Positions 11,489 through 20,480 of a DNA stretch of 60,323 nucleotides are shown here, in pieces. Origin of the DNA: a virus (taxonomy: Duplodnaviria; Heunggongvirae; Uroviricota; Caudoviricetes); IMG/VR virus record IMGVR_UViG_3300031555_003801, positions 128,001 to 188,323 of that record; one strand, written 5' to 3'. The position numbers were made by a program, and so were the translations under genes. Each line of letters starts with the position of its first letter. Position 1 is the first letter of the stretch. The notes beneath the pieces were generated by a model. It had not been told where the DNA came from and did no database searches. It worked only from the letters and a program-made list of their open reading frames with translations.

Positions 11489-11748
11489 TTTTTCGCCTCA
11501 ATTTTTTATATGCTTCCTTTGATTTGGGTGGGCCGCGGTGGGACGCCACGGCCCAAGTTGGCGTATAAAAGGGTGTTGCGGTTTTTATGATCACTTTAGT
11601 AGGTTAAAGCATTAACGCATTAAATCCTGAAAGTTACAGTATGATCCTTGTTAAATAATTAACAAAAAATTTTTTATAAAAAACCCTTGACAAATGTTTT
11701 CGGTAATGCTATAATAAGACATAACCAAAAGAAAGAGAGGAAAAGAAA

Positions 11749-11973
11749 ATGATGTATCAAATTATTATTAGAACAGCAAGCAATGAGTATGTAGAACAGC
11801 ACTATGGCTTAATTGAAAGCTTAAACAGAATGTTAGAAATTGCCAAATGTGACAATGTGGAAATAATTGACTGCATGTGTTGTGCTACTGGAGAAATAAT
11901 GGTTACTATTGAATGGGAAGTGGTAACCTATGTAGCAACTGAAACAATTGAAAGATTTTATGAAGAAATGTAA
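11749..11973 (+). CDS. Hypothetical early protein
   Basis: Directly after a TTGACA..TATAAT promoter and RBS. Confidence 0.65.
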   Translation: MMYQIIIRTASNEYVEQHYGLIESLNRMLEIAKCDNVEIIDCMCCATGEIMVTIEWEVVTYVATETIERFYEEM

Positions 11974-11983
11974 AAAAAATTAA

Positions 11984-12021
11984 AAAAGGTGCTTGACAAC
12001 AAGCACCTTTTGTGTTATACT
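11984..12021 (+). promoter_or_regulatory. Sigma-A promoter embedded in an inverted repeat
   Basis: AAAAGGTGCTTG-ACAA-CAAGCACCTTTT contains TTGACA 11993-11998; TATACT 12016-12021. Confidence 0.8.
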
Positions 12022-12053
12022 TAAACCATAGAAAGGAAAGAGAGGTAAATAAA

Positions 12054-12236
12054 ATGAAAACAGTACAGATTGAATACGAAACAATTAGTCCAGCAGTATT
12101 AGAAACAATTATCGTAAAGGCTTTCCCAGGTGCTATGTGCTATTGGAAAGACATCAACGAAGACTATTTCGAGTTTACAGTATTTGGAGTTTTAGACCTG
12201 GCAATGCTTGAAGATGTAATTGCTGAATTTATGTAA
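12054..12236 (+). CDS. Hypothetical early protein
   Basis: ATG after GAGAGG. Confidence 0.65.
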   Translation: MKTVQIEYETISPAVLETIIVKAFPGAMCYWKDINEDYFEFTVFGVLDLAMLEDVIAEFM

Positions 12237-12273
12237 AAAAGGGGTTGACAAAACCCCTTTTATCGTGTATAAT
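12237..12273 (+). promoter_or_regulatory. Sigma-A promoter embedded in an inverted repeat
   Basis: AAAAGGGGTTGACAAAACCCCTTTT then TATAAT 12268-12273 (17-bp spacer). Confidence 0.8.
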
Positions 12274-12304
12274 AAAGATACAAAGAACGAAAGGAGAAAA
12301 GAAA

Positions 12305-12439
12305 ATGAGAAAGATTAGTCCAGAAGAAAGAGAAATGTTAATCGTAGCAGAAAACTTTGGTTGCGTGGCAGAGGTCATTGCGGAACTGGGTATCACAGCC
12401 GAAGAAGCGAGAGAAATAATTTGGGGCGAGGAGGAATAA
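12305..12439 (+). CDS. Small acidic early protein
   Basis: ATG after AAGGAG. Confidence 0.55.
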   Translation: MRKISPEEREMLIVAENFGCVAEVIAELGITAEEAREIIWGEEE

Positions 12440-12782
12440 GAAATGATTAAAATAAAACACTTACCAACATGTTTTATTCTTGAATGTATTGAGAAGAGAG
12501 GAGACACCGCAAAACACTTGTTCGGTCGAATTTGGTGGCATCCCGAAGGAAAATTTTTCATAATTGGAGATAAAAGGCCTACAAAGTAGGTCTTTTAATT
12601 TTGGCCGGCCGCGCGCGAGTGTTGCGGCCGGAATTTCACGCATTAAAGTGCTACAGCAAAAAAGTGTTAAAAAAATAACAAAAAAATTTTCAAAAAAAGT
12701 TTCCCGAAACCTATTGACATTTCTCTTGAAGTATGGTATATTATAATTATAAAAGGGAGCAGAGAAGAAAGGAAGTAAAAAA

Positions 12783-13265
12783 ATGATGAACAAAGAAGTA
12801 GTAAAGGCAATGAACAAGAAAGAAACAAAGACAAGTACAATCCGCAAATGGTGGAATAAGAACGGCTATAAGGTAATGAGAGTTATCCTTTTCCCTATTT
12901 GGTGGGGCATTAAGGCAGAGGAAAAAATCGAAGCACATCTCAATTCCAAGTGTGAATGGAGCGAAGAAAGAGCAGACGAAATTCTTAATTATTACATTCC
13001 TCGCCATGCTGAATGGGATGCAGAAGAAAAAGAATTTTACTTTGCAGACAACGGAATGGGCTGGGGTATGAAGTGCCACAATAAGAAAATCAAAATCAAA
13101 GACCGCAGATGGTGGAGAATACACACAGACCGTTGGGGTGGTGAAGTGAGAGATTACCTCATCAACAAGTTTGAACTTGAAGGCTTTACAAAGGAAGTTG
13201 GCGACTGCTATAACGGTTGGACAGAAATAATTTTCAGAATGATTGAAAATGGGGTTGACAAATAA
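12783..13265 (+). CDS. Hypothetical early protein (Trp-rich)
   Basis: ORF after consensus promoter and AGAAAGGA RBS. Confidence 0.7.
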   Translation: MMNKEVVKAMNKKETKTSTIRKWWNKNGYKVMRVILFPIWWGIKAEEKIEAHLNSKCEWSEERADEILNYYIPRHAEWDAEEKEFYFADNGMGWGMKCHNKKIKIKDRRWWRIHTDRWGGEVRDYLINKFELEGFTKEVGDCYNGWTEIIFRMIENGVDK

Positions 13266-13283
13266 TCAACCCCATGATATAAT
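13249..13283 (+). promoter_or_regulatory. Sigma-A promoter embedded in an inverted repeat
   Basis: ATGGGGTTGA-CAAATAA-TCAACCCCAT; TTGACA 13255-13260, TATAAT 13278-13283. Confidence 0.8.
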
Positions 13284-13312
13284 AAAAGAAAATAAGAAAG
13301 GAATACAAAATT

Positions 13313-13999
13313 ATGAAAATTACAATGTTTGCAACAATGCCGGAAATTAGAATGTTCTGTGCAGAAAGTGGTTATCCATTCCACGATGTAAATTTAGCTC
13401 AAATTTATGCTTTATACGAAATTGCCGGTTGGCGCAGAGCTATGATTGCAGAACACCTCGGCTATGCAGTCTCAACAGTATCTCGTAAAAGACATGACAT
13501 GTGGGATTTTGCATACCTTGCAGAATTACTTTTTACTGACATTCCAATAGTAGAAGAAGAAAAAGAAGAAGAAAAAAAAGAGGAAATCATTCTTGAACCA
13601 ACAACTCTTTATCGTAGATTTAGAGACGGCAGACCTGCGGTAGCTATGGAATTTATGCCGAAATGCGGACCAAACATCAAGAATGAGCAAGCAGTTTATT
13701 TCTTTAAATTCTATAATCCAAATAGTTTAGAATTTAATAAAATCGGCACTTCAACAAGAGATGTGGTGGCAAGATTAAGAGATGAAATTGGCGACTATTC
13801 AAAAAAGTTTGACATTGCAAGAGTTGAAATTCATCGAATCGTAAGTTGTGGTTGTAATCCCGCAGAGGGGGCAGAAAGTGCGTTAAGAGCAGAACTTATT
13901 CAGCAATACCCAACAGCCTTCCGCAAAAATGACAGGTTCTTTGGGGTTGACATTTCACCCGATGTATTTGATGAAATTATAGCCAAATATTTTATTTAA
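13313..13999 (+). CDS. HTH plus T5orf172/GIY-YIG-like domain protein
   Basis: IAEHLGYAVSTVSR (HTH); VYFFK...KIGTSTRDVVARL...AESALR. Confidence 0.6.
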   Translation: MKITMFATMPEIRMFCAESGYPFHDVNLAQIYALYEIAGWRRAMIAEHLGYAVSTVSRKRHDMWDFAYLAELLFTDIPIVEEEKEEEKKEEIILEPTTLYRRFRDGRPAVAMEFMPKCGPNIKNEQAVYFFKFYNPNSLEFNKIGTSTRDVVARLRDEIGDYSKKFDIARVEIHRIVSCGCNPAEGAESALRAELIQQYPTAFRKNDRFFGVDISPDVFDEIIAKYFI

Positions 14000-14224
14000 A
14001 ATAGGATTGAAAAATCCTATTTTTTTATTCTTTTTTTGTTTGGCGGCGCGCTGGCGATTGTAGCGCGCCGAGTTTCGCGTGTTAAATGTGTAGCACTTTT
14101 ATTCGTTAAAGCGCTTGCTTTCACACGGTAAAGTATTAAATCCTGAAAGTATTGTACTAAAATAAAAACATAATTATTTTTAAAAAAACTATTGACTTTT
14201 TCCATATTTGTGGTATACTATAAT

Positions 14225-14295
14225 CAAGAAGTGAGTAGTGCGAACCTGACACAGGTGGTACCCCGACGGGTCAGCTCTCCACGAAAACTTCTTAA
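14225..14295 (+). ncRNA. Candidate small structured RNA
   Basis: Own promoter (TTGACT..TATACT, ~14192-14219), no ORF, closing stem AAGAAGT/ACTTCTT and inner stem CTGAC/GTCAG. Confidence 0.4.
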
Positions 14296-14509
14296 AAAAA
14301 GTTAAAAAAAGTGCTTGACAAATGGCTCAAGCGATGCTATAATTAGGTATAATCAAAATTAAGAAAGAGGTACAGAAAAATGACAAGAGAAGAATTATTG
14401 CTTACAGGAATACTCAATATTGCAAAATGTTTCTTTACAGATGAAGAATTAGCAGAAATCGTAATGGAAGTTGCAGAAGAAATCAAGGAAGAAAAGGGAG
14501 AAAAATAAA

Positions 14510-14956
14510 ATGAAAAGAAAGATTTGCTTAGACATGGACGGCACATTTGTTGACTTATATGGAGTAGAAAACTGGCTCCCAATGATAAGAAACGAAATGA
14601 CATTTCCATATACACACGCAAAACCATTAGTAAACCTTAGCCTTATGGCAAGATACTTAAACAAGTTGCAGAAAGAGGGTTACACTTTAACAATTATCAG
14701 CTGGACTGCAAAGAATGGCACGGATGAATATAACCACAGAGTAGCGCAAGCTAAGATGAAGTGGTTAGCAAGACATCTAAAAAGCGTAAACTTTGATGAA
14801 ATCCATATTGTAAAATATGGCACACCAAAGGAAATTTTTGGAAATGAAACAGATATTCTCTTTGATGATGAAATTCAGAACAGAGAAAACTGGAATGGCA
14901 CAGCCTATGATGTAGAAAATATTTTAGAAAACTTAAAAAATCTGCTTGACAAATAG
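14510..14956 (+). CDS. HAD-family 5'(3')-deoxyribonucleotidase-like protein
   Basis: LDMDGT, ISW, K, LFDDE motifs; ends in TAG. Confidence 0.75.
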   Translation: MKRKICLDMDGTFVDLYGVENWLPMIRNEMTFPYTHAKPLVNLSLMARYLNKLQKEGYTLTIISWTAKNGTDEYNHRVAQAKMKWLARHLKSVNFDEIHIVKYGTPKEIFGNETDILFDDEIQNRENWNGTAYDVENILENLKNLLDK

Positions 14957-14980
14957 CACAAACCATATTATAATAAATAC

Positions 14981-15208
14981 ATAAAGAGGGAGAGAGAGTG
15001 AGGTTTCCTGTTCTCCTTAACTCACTCTCTCAAGACCTCAATAATATGGGTGTAGAAGTATGGCCGGTGCAACTCCGACAACACCCTACCTACCTTTCTT
15101 TTGGCTGGTCATGCGGAGAGACCTTAGACTCCGCTCTCCTTTCGCAATTATCAAAGTTCATTTTATACCTTTCTTTCAGAAGAGGCTCCCAAAACTGGGA
15201 GCTTTTTC
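14981..15208 (+). ncRNA. Candidate multi-hairpin ncRNA containing a tRNA-like minihelix
   Basis: Lies between a consensus promoter (TTGACA ~14946) and the terminator GGCTCCCA-AAAC-TGGGAGCTTTTT. Hairpins GAGAGAGTGAG/CTCACTCTCTC, GGGTGT...GGTGCAACTCC...ACACCC and GCGGAG/CTCCGC. Confidence 0.45.
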
Positions 15209-15438
15209 ATTTGGCGCGCCGCCCTGGACCGGGGCGACGCGTTTTACCGCATTAAAGTGTTAAAGCAAAAAAGCGATTGAAAGTGGCGCTTTACCGCATT
15301 AAAGTGCTAAATCCCGAAAGCACTTTACTGATCTAAAGCGTTAAAGGATTGTATTAAAATAAAAACATGAAAAAAGTGCTTGACAAAATTACTAAGTGTA
15401 TGCTATAATAAGGTATAAGTTAAATAAAGAAAGGATTG

Positions 15439-16134
15439 ATGAAGATGAACAAAATCGACCGCCGTATCAGTTATAAACTGGTACTTGACACAGAAACTTG
15501 TCCACTGGATAGAACATTGGAAGAAGTAAACCCTTATAATATGTTCACCTATGACATAGGCTGGGCAGTTGTAGACAAAAGGGGCAATGTATATAAGACC
15601 CGTTCCTATATCGTTGCTGATATATTCTTCTATGAAGATGAACTGATGAACTCTGCATACTATGCAAATAAAATTCCTCGCTATATGGAAGATATTAAGT
15701 CCGGCAAGCGAATTGTTGCAAAGTGGAAAACCATTGTTAATAGACTGCATGAAGACATGGAAGAATATGGTATTACTGAAGTGTTCGCTCACAATATGCG
15801 TTTTGATTATGGCACGACAGTAACCACCCAGCGATGGCTTACAAAATCAAAATACCGGTATGTTTTCCCATACGGCACTGAAATTTGCGACACTCTCAAA
15901 ATGGCAAGAGATGTAATCGGCAAAATGCCAACATACCGCCTATTTTGTGAAACATATGGTTTGTTTACAAAAAATGGTAGATTATCCATGACAGCTGAAA
16001 ACCTTTACAGATTCATAATCAACGACCCCGAATATGTTGAAGAACACACAGCACTTGAAGATGTGATGATAGAAAAGGAAATCCTAGCTTACTGCTACAA
16101 ACAGCATAAAAAAATGGATAAAAAACTTTGGTAA
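15439..16134 (+). CDS. DEDDh 3'-5' exonuclease (DnaQ-like)
   Basis: VLDTET, AHNMRFD, HTALED motifs. Confidence 0.85.
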   Translation: MKMNKIDRRISYKLVLDTETCPLDRTLEEVNPYNMFTYDIGWAVVDKRGNVYKTRSYIVADIFFYEDELMNSAYYANKIPRYMEDIKSGKRIVAKWKTIVNRLHEDMEEYGITEVFAHNMRFDYGTTVTTQRWLTKSKYRYVFPYGTEICDTLKMARDVIGKMPTYRLFCETYGLFTKNGRLSMTAENLYRFIINDPEYVEEHTALEDVMIEKEILAYCYKQHKKMDKKLW

Positions 16135-16144
16135 AAGTTAAAAA

Positions 16145-16180
16145 TAGGGGTTGACAAAACCTCAACCCCTATGGTATAAT
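16145..16180 (+). promoter_or_regulatory. Sigma-A promoter embedded in an inverted repeat
   Basis: ATAGGGGTTGA-CAAAACC-TCAACCCCTAT, TG-GTATAAT. Confidence 0.8.
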
Positions 16181-16226
16181 AAAGCATAAGTTAAAACAAA
16201 TAAAAAATTTGAAAGGAATTGATACT

Positions 16227-16577
16227 ATGGAAAAAATGACAAATGCAAAGGCTATCGCTTACGTAATCGAAAACTGCACAGTGCCAAAGGACGTTGCTGA
16301 AAAGCTCGAAAAGATTTTAGCATCTTATGAAAAGAAAGCTAGTGCTGAAAGAAAGCCAACAGCAACACAGATTGCTAATGAACACTTAAAGGATGTAATT
16401 TTAGGCGTGCTGACAGAGGCAACCAAGCCAATGACAGTCTCCGAAATCATCAAGGCACATGCTGAACTTGCTACACTCAGCACGCAGAAAATATCTCCAC
16501 AGCTTACAAAGTTAGTGGATGAAAAGAAAATCGTAAAAACAGTTGAAAAGAGAAAGTCTTACTTCTCTATCGCCTAA
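16227..16577 (+). CDS. Putative winged-helix DNA-binding protein, family A copy 1
   Basis: ERKPTATQIANE...MTVSEII...LSTQKISPQL...VEKRKSY shared with 19730-20089. Confidence 0.7.
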   Translation: MEKMTNAKAIAYVIENCTVPKDVAEKLEKILASYEKKASAERKPTATQIANEHLKDVILGVLTEATKPMTVSEIIKAHAELATLSTQKISPQLTKLVDEKKIVKTVEKRKSYFSIA

Positions 16578-16692
16578 TTCCCAAAGAGGGGTTGACAGAA
16601 AATGTCAGCCCCTCGATTAAAGAATTCCCTATTGACAAATAATTAAAATTATGTTATAATTATTATAGAAAATAGGAAAGGAAAGTGATAAC

Positions 16693-17055
16693 ATGGATAA
16701 AGAAAGAATTGAAAAGATGATGAAAAATTTAGACCTCACCAGAGAAGAAGCCATTGAATTGATTAAGGCTGATGAAGAAGTAGACAAAATGACATCATCA
16801 AAGCAGTGGGATTCTGACTTAACAGAAGAACAGAAAAAGGTTATCAAAGACACCAAGAAAACAGGAAGAAAGATTTCTACAACTCCAACCAAAAGGGAAA
16901 AGAAAGTTGACAACACAAAGAAAATGCTAATTGAAACTTTGAAAAACTCCCTTGAAATGGCAACAGATTTTGAAATCTTAAATGATGAAAGAGAATTTAC
17001 ATTTACTGTAAATGGTGAAAAATACAAAGTGGTGTTGTCAAAGCCAAGGAAGTAA
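16693..17055 (+). CDS. Hypothetical protein, family B copy 1
   Basis: TREEAIELIKAD...LTEEQK...EREFTF...Y; paralog of 20139-20480. Confidence 0.7.
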   Translation: MDKERIEKMMKNLDLTREEAIELIKADEEVDKMTSSKQWDSDLTEEQKKVIKDTKKTGRKISTTPTKREKKVDNTKKMLIETLKNSLEMATDFEILNDEREFTFTVNGEKYKVVLSKPRK

Positions 17056-17088
17056 AAAAGGAAAATGGAAACATTTTCCTTTTATTTT
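17056..17088. terminator. Bidirectional intrinsic terminator
   Basis: AAAAAGGAAAATG-GAAA-CATTTTCCTTTT with A/T tracts on both sides. Confidence 0.7.
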
Positions 17089-17145
17089 TCAGTGCGGGCC
17101 GGCCTTTGAGCTGGCCGCCCACGTGCGTAGGTGGCCAGAATTTCC

Positions 17146-17174
17146 ATTATACCACAGTCCCGCAAATTTGTCAA
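17146..17174 (-). promoter_or_regulatory. Leftward consensus sigma-A promoter with no downstream ORF
   Basis: Reverse complement TTGACA-17 bp-TATAAT with extended TG. Confidence 0.8.
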
Positions 17175-17284
17175 GCGATTTTCCGCAAATAAATTAAAAA
17201 AATAATTTTCCTAAAACTATTGACTTTTCTATTGGCTCATGCTATAATTAGGTATAATCAAAAATAAGAAAGGAAGTAAAAATT

Positions 17285-17608
17285 ATGTTAAAATTAAATC
17301 AGAATAGTGGAAAAAATTGGTTCACAATTATGGATGATTCAGGTTGTACAGTATCTGGCACAAAAGAAGAATTAAATGGACTGTATCAGCAGTTAGTTAG
17401 AGTTAAAGGTGGTTTACCTAATACTCCTCAAAATACAGAAAGAGTTCACAACATTTTGTTAGAAAATACCTGTGATTGTGAGAAAGTTCAATTAAGAGTT
17501 TCAGATTCAGCTTTAAGATTTTTGAATTTCTTACTTGAGTATAATTGGATGGATGATGATGACATTCAGTATACAACATTAGAAGATTCAGATTATGAAT
17601 TTATCTAA
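17285..17608 (+). CDS. Hypothetical early protein
   Basis: Promoter plus AGAAAGGA RBS. Confidence 0.65.
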   Translation: MLKLNQNSGKNWFTIMDDSGCTVSGTKEELNGLYQQLVRVKGGLPNTPQNTERVHNILLENTCDCEKVQLRVSDSALRFLNFLLEYNWMDDDDIQYTTLEDSDYEFI

Positions 17609-17690
17609 AAAAAATAAAAATAGGGGGTTGACAATATCAACCCCTTGTGTTATAATAAAGACAAGAAATAAGAAAGGAAAGGTAAGAGAA

Positions 17691-17855
17691 ATGATGAAGA
17701 ATTTAGGTAAATTATTTACAGTAATTATAGTATTATTTCAAGTATGGTTTATAATAAGTTGGTTTGAGGTTGTATTATTCAATACAAGTGGTGACCCACA
17801 GTACAGTGCTTGGAATTTATTTGAAGTTTTAATAAATTGGGGGTTGACAAATTAA
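17691..17855 (+). CDS. Small membrane protein (paralog of 11079-11234)
   Basis: TM helix plus PQYSAWNLFEVL. Confidence 0.6.
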   Translation: MMKNLGKLFTVIIVLFQVWFIISWFEVVLFNTSGDPQYSAWNLFEVLINWGLTN

Positions 17856-17982
17856 ATCCCCTGTGTTATAATAGAACCATAGAAAGGAGATAGAAACTAT
17901 GGAAACTATGAAAGCAGTAGGTTTACTAATGAGTGTAAGTTTAATCTTAGGAATATTTTATCTGTTAAGTGAGGTGTTTTAA

Positions 17983-18225
17983 ATGGCAGTTAAAGACGCA
18001 TACATGGAAGTTTTAACGGATATTATCAATAATGGTCCGGCAATGTTTATTGGTGAGTATGACGCAAGAAATGATAATACAGGATTTATGTATGGTATTT
18101 CTACCTTAATGGAATGGATTGCCTACAAAACTGAAGATGAAGATGCAATCAATTTTATTGATGAAGAGTTTATGAAAAATATGATAAAAAGTAAAAAAAA
18201 GGCTTTGAAAGGACTGGTGAAATAA
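17983..18225 (+). CDS. Hypothetical protein
   Basis: GAGGTG RBS. Confidence 0.65.
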   Translation: MAVKDAYMEVLTDIINNGPAMFIGEYDARNDNTGFMYGISTLMEWIAYKTEDEDAINFIDEEFMKNMIKSKKKALKGLVK

Positions 18226-18753
18226 ATGAAAGAAATCTTAATTATTTTTACAGCATTAACAATTATCAATGTGGTATTATCCACAGCAAAATCTTTAATC
18301 ACCATTAAGGGTGGAATGTGGGCAGCTGCATTTATGAACGCTTTTACCTATGGAGTGTATACCTATTTAGTATTCTTCACAGCAGATGATACATTAACAC
18401 TGTGGCAGAAAGCAGTAATTACTTTTATCTGTAACTTTGTAGGTGTATTATTAGTTAAATGGGTTGAACAGAAAGCAACTAAAGACAAGTTATGGGTATT
18501 CCTTGCAACTGCCAAAACTGATTTAGCAGAATTACACAAAGTTGATGACATGTTAAAGCAGGCAGGTATTAAACTGTTATACAATGAAGTTGTGAAAGAT
18601 GAATTATACAGTTTACAGATTTTCAGCAACACACAGAAAGAATCTAAAATGATTGAAAGTGTATTGGAAAACTTTAACATCAATTACTGTGCAGTAGAAA
18701 CTAAAATGAAAAAAGAAAGTGAAAAAAAGGTATTGACAACTGAGCAGTTTTAA
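18226..18753 (+). CDS. Membrane protein (three TM helices plus soluble C-terminal domain, UPF0316-like layout)
   Basis: Hydrophobic N-terminal 80 aa; abuts previous stop. Confidence 0.6.
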   Translation: MKEILIIFTALTIINVVLSTAKSLITIKGGMWAAAFMNAFTYGVYTYLVFFTADDTLTLWQKAVITFICNFVGVLLVKWVEQKATKDKLWVFLATAKTDLAELHKVDDMLKQAGIKLLYNEVVKDELYSLQIFSNTQKESKMIESVLENFNINYCAVETKMKKESEKKVLTTEQF

Positions 18754-18792
18754 TGTATAATAGAAGTATAAATAAGAAAGGAAATTGATACT

Positions 18793-19008
18793 ATGTTAAG
18801 AACAGCAGAAAAATATGTTTTGGAAGAAATGGGTGTGGAAATGCCAAAGGGTGAAATCTCTGGGGCATGGTTTGCTGAACAAGGTCTACCAATGATTGTA
18901 GAATGTACTGAATGTGGAATGACTATGGCATTGCCAAGTGCTTTAGTTGATGATAATGGACATTGCTACTGTCATGGTTGTGTTAGTGAAGAATTTATAA
19001 GGAGATGA
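18793..19008 (+). CDS. Small Zn-finger protein
   Basis: CTECG...CYCHGC. Confidence 0.65.
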   Translation: MLRTAEKYVLEEMGVEMPKGEISGAWFAEQGLPMIVECTECGMTMALPSALVDDNGHCYCHGCVSEEFIRR

Positions 19009-19471
19009 TACAATGATTAAAAATTATATAAATAAAGAAGGTAAAATTATTAGTGATAAAGAGTTTGAAAAATTACTTAAAAAAAAACTCAAGAATGGAT
19101 AGAAGATAATGTCTGGTTTGAAGATTGGCTTCACATGAACAATTATTATATTTCAAATATATTCTTTTTATCAGATGAAGATAAAAAAGAAGTATGGGAA
19201 AAGTTTGAAAAAGACTGTTTACATGAGGCTAGATGGGAGCTTTTGGAAGTCTATGGCTGGGCTCCATGTGAGTAAAGGAGTTGATACTATGATGTATATT
19301 GAATGGTGGGATTCTGTTTACAGAGAATGGAAATTAAGTAAAATGATTTTTTGGAAAGCAATTCTTTGTGTATTACTAAATGAAGATTGTCATTTTGCCA
19401 AGGTGGTTTATGATTAAATCACCTTTTTAATTTGCACGCCGCGCTGACCATCGAGTCAGCGCGAATTTTCC

Positions 19472-19500
19472 ATTATACCACACCCAGCACTTTTTGTCAA
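19472..19500 (-). promoter_or_regulatory. Leftward consensus sigma-A promoter with no downstream ORF
   Basis: Reverse complement TTGACA-17 bp-TATAAT; same context as 17146-17174. Confidence 0.8.
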
Positions 19501-19729
19501 GACTTTTTTCGAAAATTTTTTAAAAAATTATTTTCCCAAAACCTATTGACTTTCCCCTACCGCTATGTTATAATGAGTTATCAGTTAAAGGAAAACACTT
19601 CCTCACACTGAAAAAACTTTTTTCAAGAAATTGAAAAAAAGTGCTTGACAAATAGCATACCAAATGCTATAATAAGGTATAAGTTAAATCAAGGGTCGCC
19701 ACCTAATAGCGAGAAAGAGAGTTGATACT

Positions 19730-20089
19730 ATGACTAAGAAGATGACTAAGAAAGAAATGTTTGCACAGCTGATTGAAAAGTATGCACTGACAGCAGAAGA
19801 AAGAGCATTTTGTGAGCATGAAATTGAACTGCTCAACAAGAAGTCTACAGGCGAAAGAAAGCCGACTGCTACACAGGTAGCAAATGAGGGCTTAAAGGTT
19901 GGTATCCTTGCCTATATGGCAAATGAACCAAACAGACTGTTCTCCATTTCCGAGTTGATTAAGGAAGTGCCAGAACTGGCAGGACTTTCCACTCAGAAAG
20001 TTTCTCCTCTGATGTCCGCACTCGAAAAGGCTGAAAAGGTTGTAAAGATTGTGGAAAAGAGAAAATCTCTCTATAAGTTAGCGGAGTAA
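19730..20089 (+). CDS. Putative winged-helix DNA-binding protein, family A copy 2
   Basis: Clear paralog of 16227-16577 and 44896-45300. Confidence 0.7.
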   Translation: MTKKMTKKEMFAQLIEKYALTAEERAFCEHEIELLNKKSTGERKPTATQVANEGLKVGILAYMANEPNRLFSISELIKEVPELAGLSTQKVSPLMSALEKAEKVVKIVEKRKSLYKLAE

Positions 20090-20138
20090 TCCACAGGGCA
20101 GGGCATAGACCCTGCCCCCTATAAAAGGGGGTTGTTAA

Positions 20139-20480
20139 ATGGTTAACAAGTTAATGACAAAGCTGGGCTGCACCGAGGAAGAGGCTCTTGACATTATCGC
20201 TCAAGATAAAGCCATAGACCGAGGAGCAGACCCGTTTCCATTATCTGCCGAACAAAAACAAGCAGAAAAGAAAATGAGAGCCACAGGTTCAAGAGCAAAA
20301 ACTGAAAGTAAGCCACGCACACGCAAGGCAGACACAGAAAAAGCCGAAATAATTGCTAAAATTGCCGAATTTTTACAAGAAGATGTAGAAAATTTGGAAA
20401 TTATTAACAAAGAAAGACAAATTTTCTTTAAAATGGGAGAAAATTCCTATGAATTGACCCTTACAAAGAAGAGAAAATGA
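20139..20480 (+). CDS. Hypothetical protein, family B copy 2
   Basis: Paralog of 16693-17055. Confidence 0.7.
   Translation: MVNKLMTKLGCTEEEALDIIAQDKAIDRGADPFPLSAEQKQAEKKMRATGSRAKTESKPRTRKADTEKAEIIAKIAEFLQEDVENLEIINKERQIFFKMGENSYELTLTKKRK

Noticed and set aside
14998-15263. Track ORFs 14998-15255 and 15060-15263
   Set aside because: No convincing RBS, and both cross a terminator and a GC-rich repeat; a structured RNA explains the region better.
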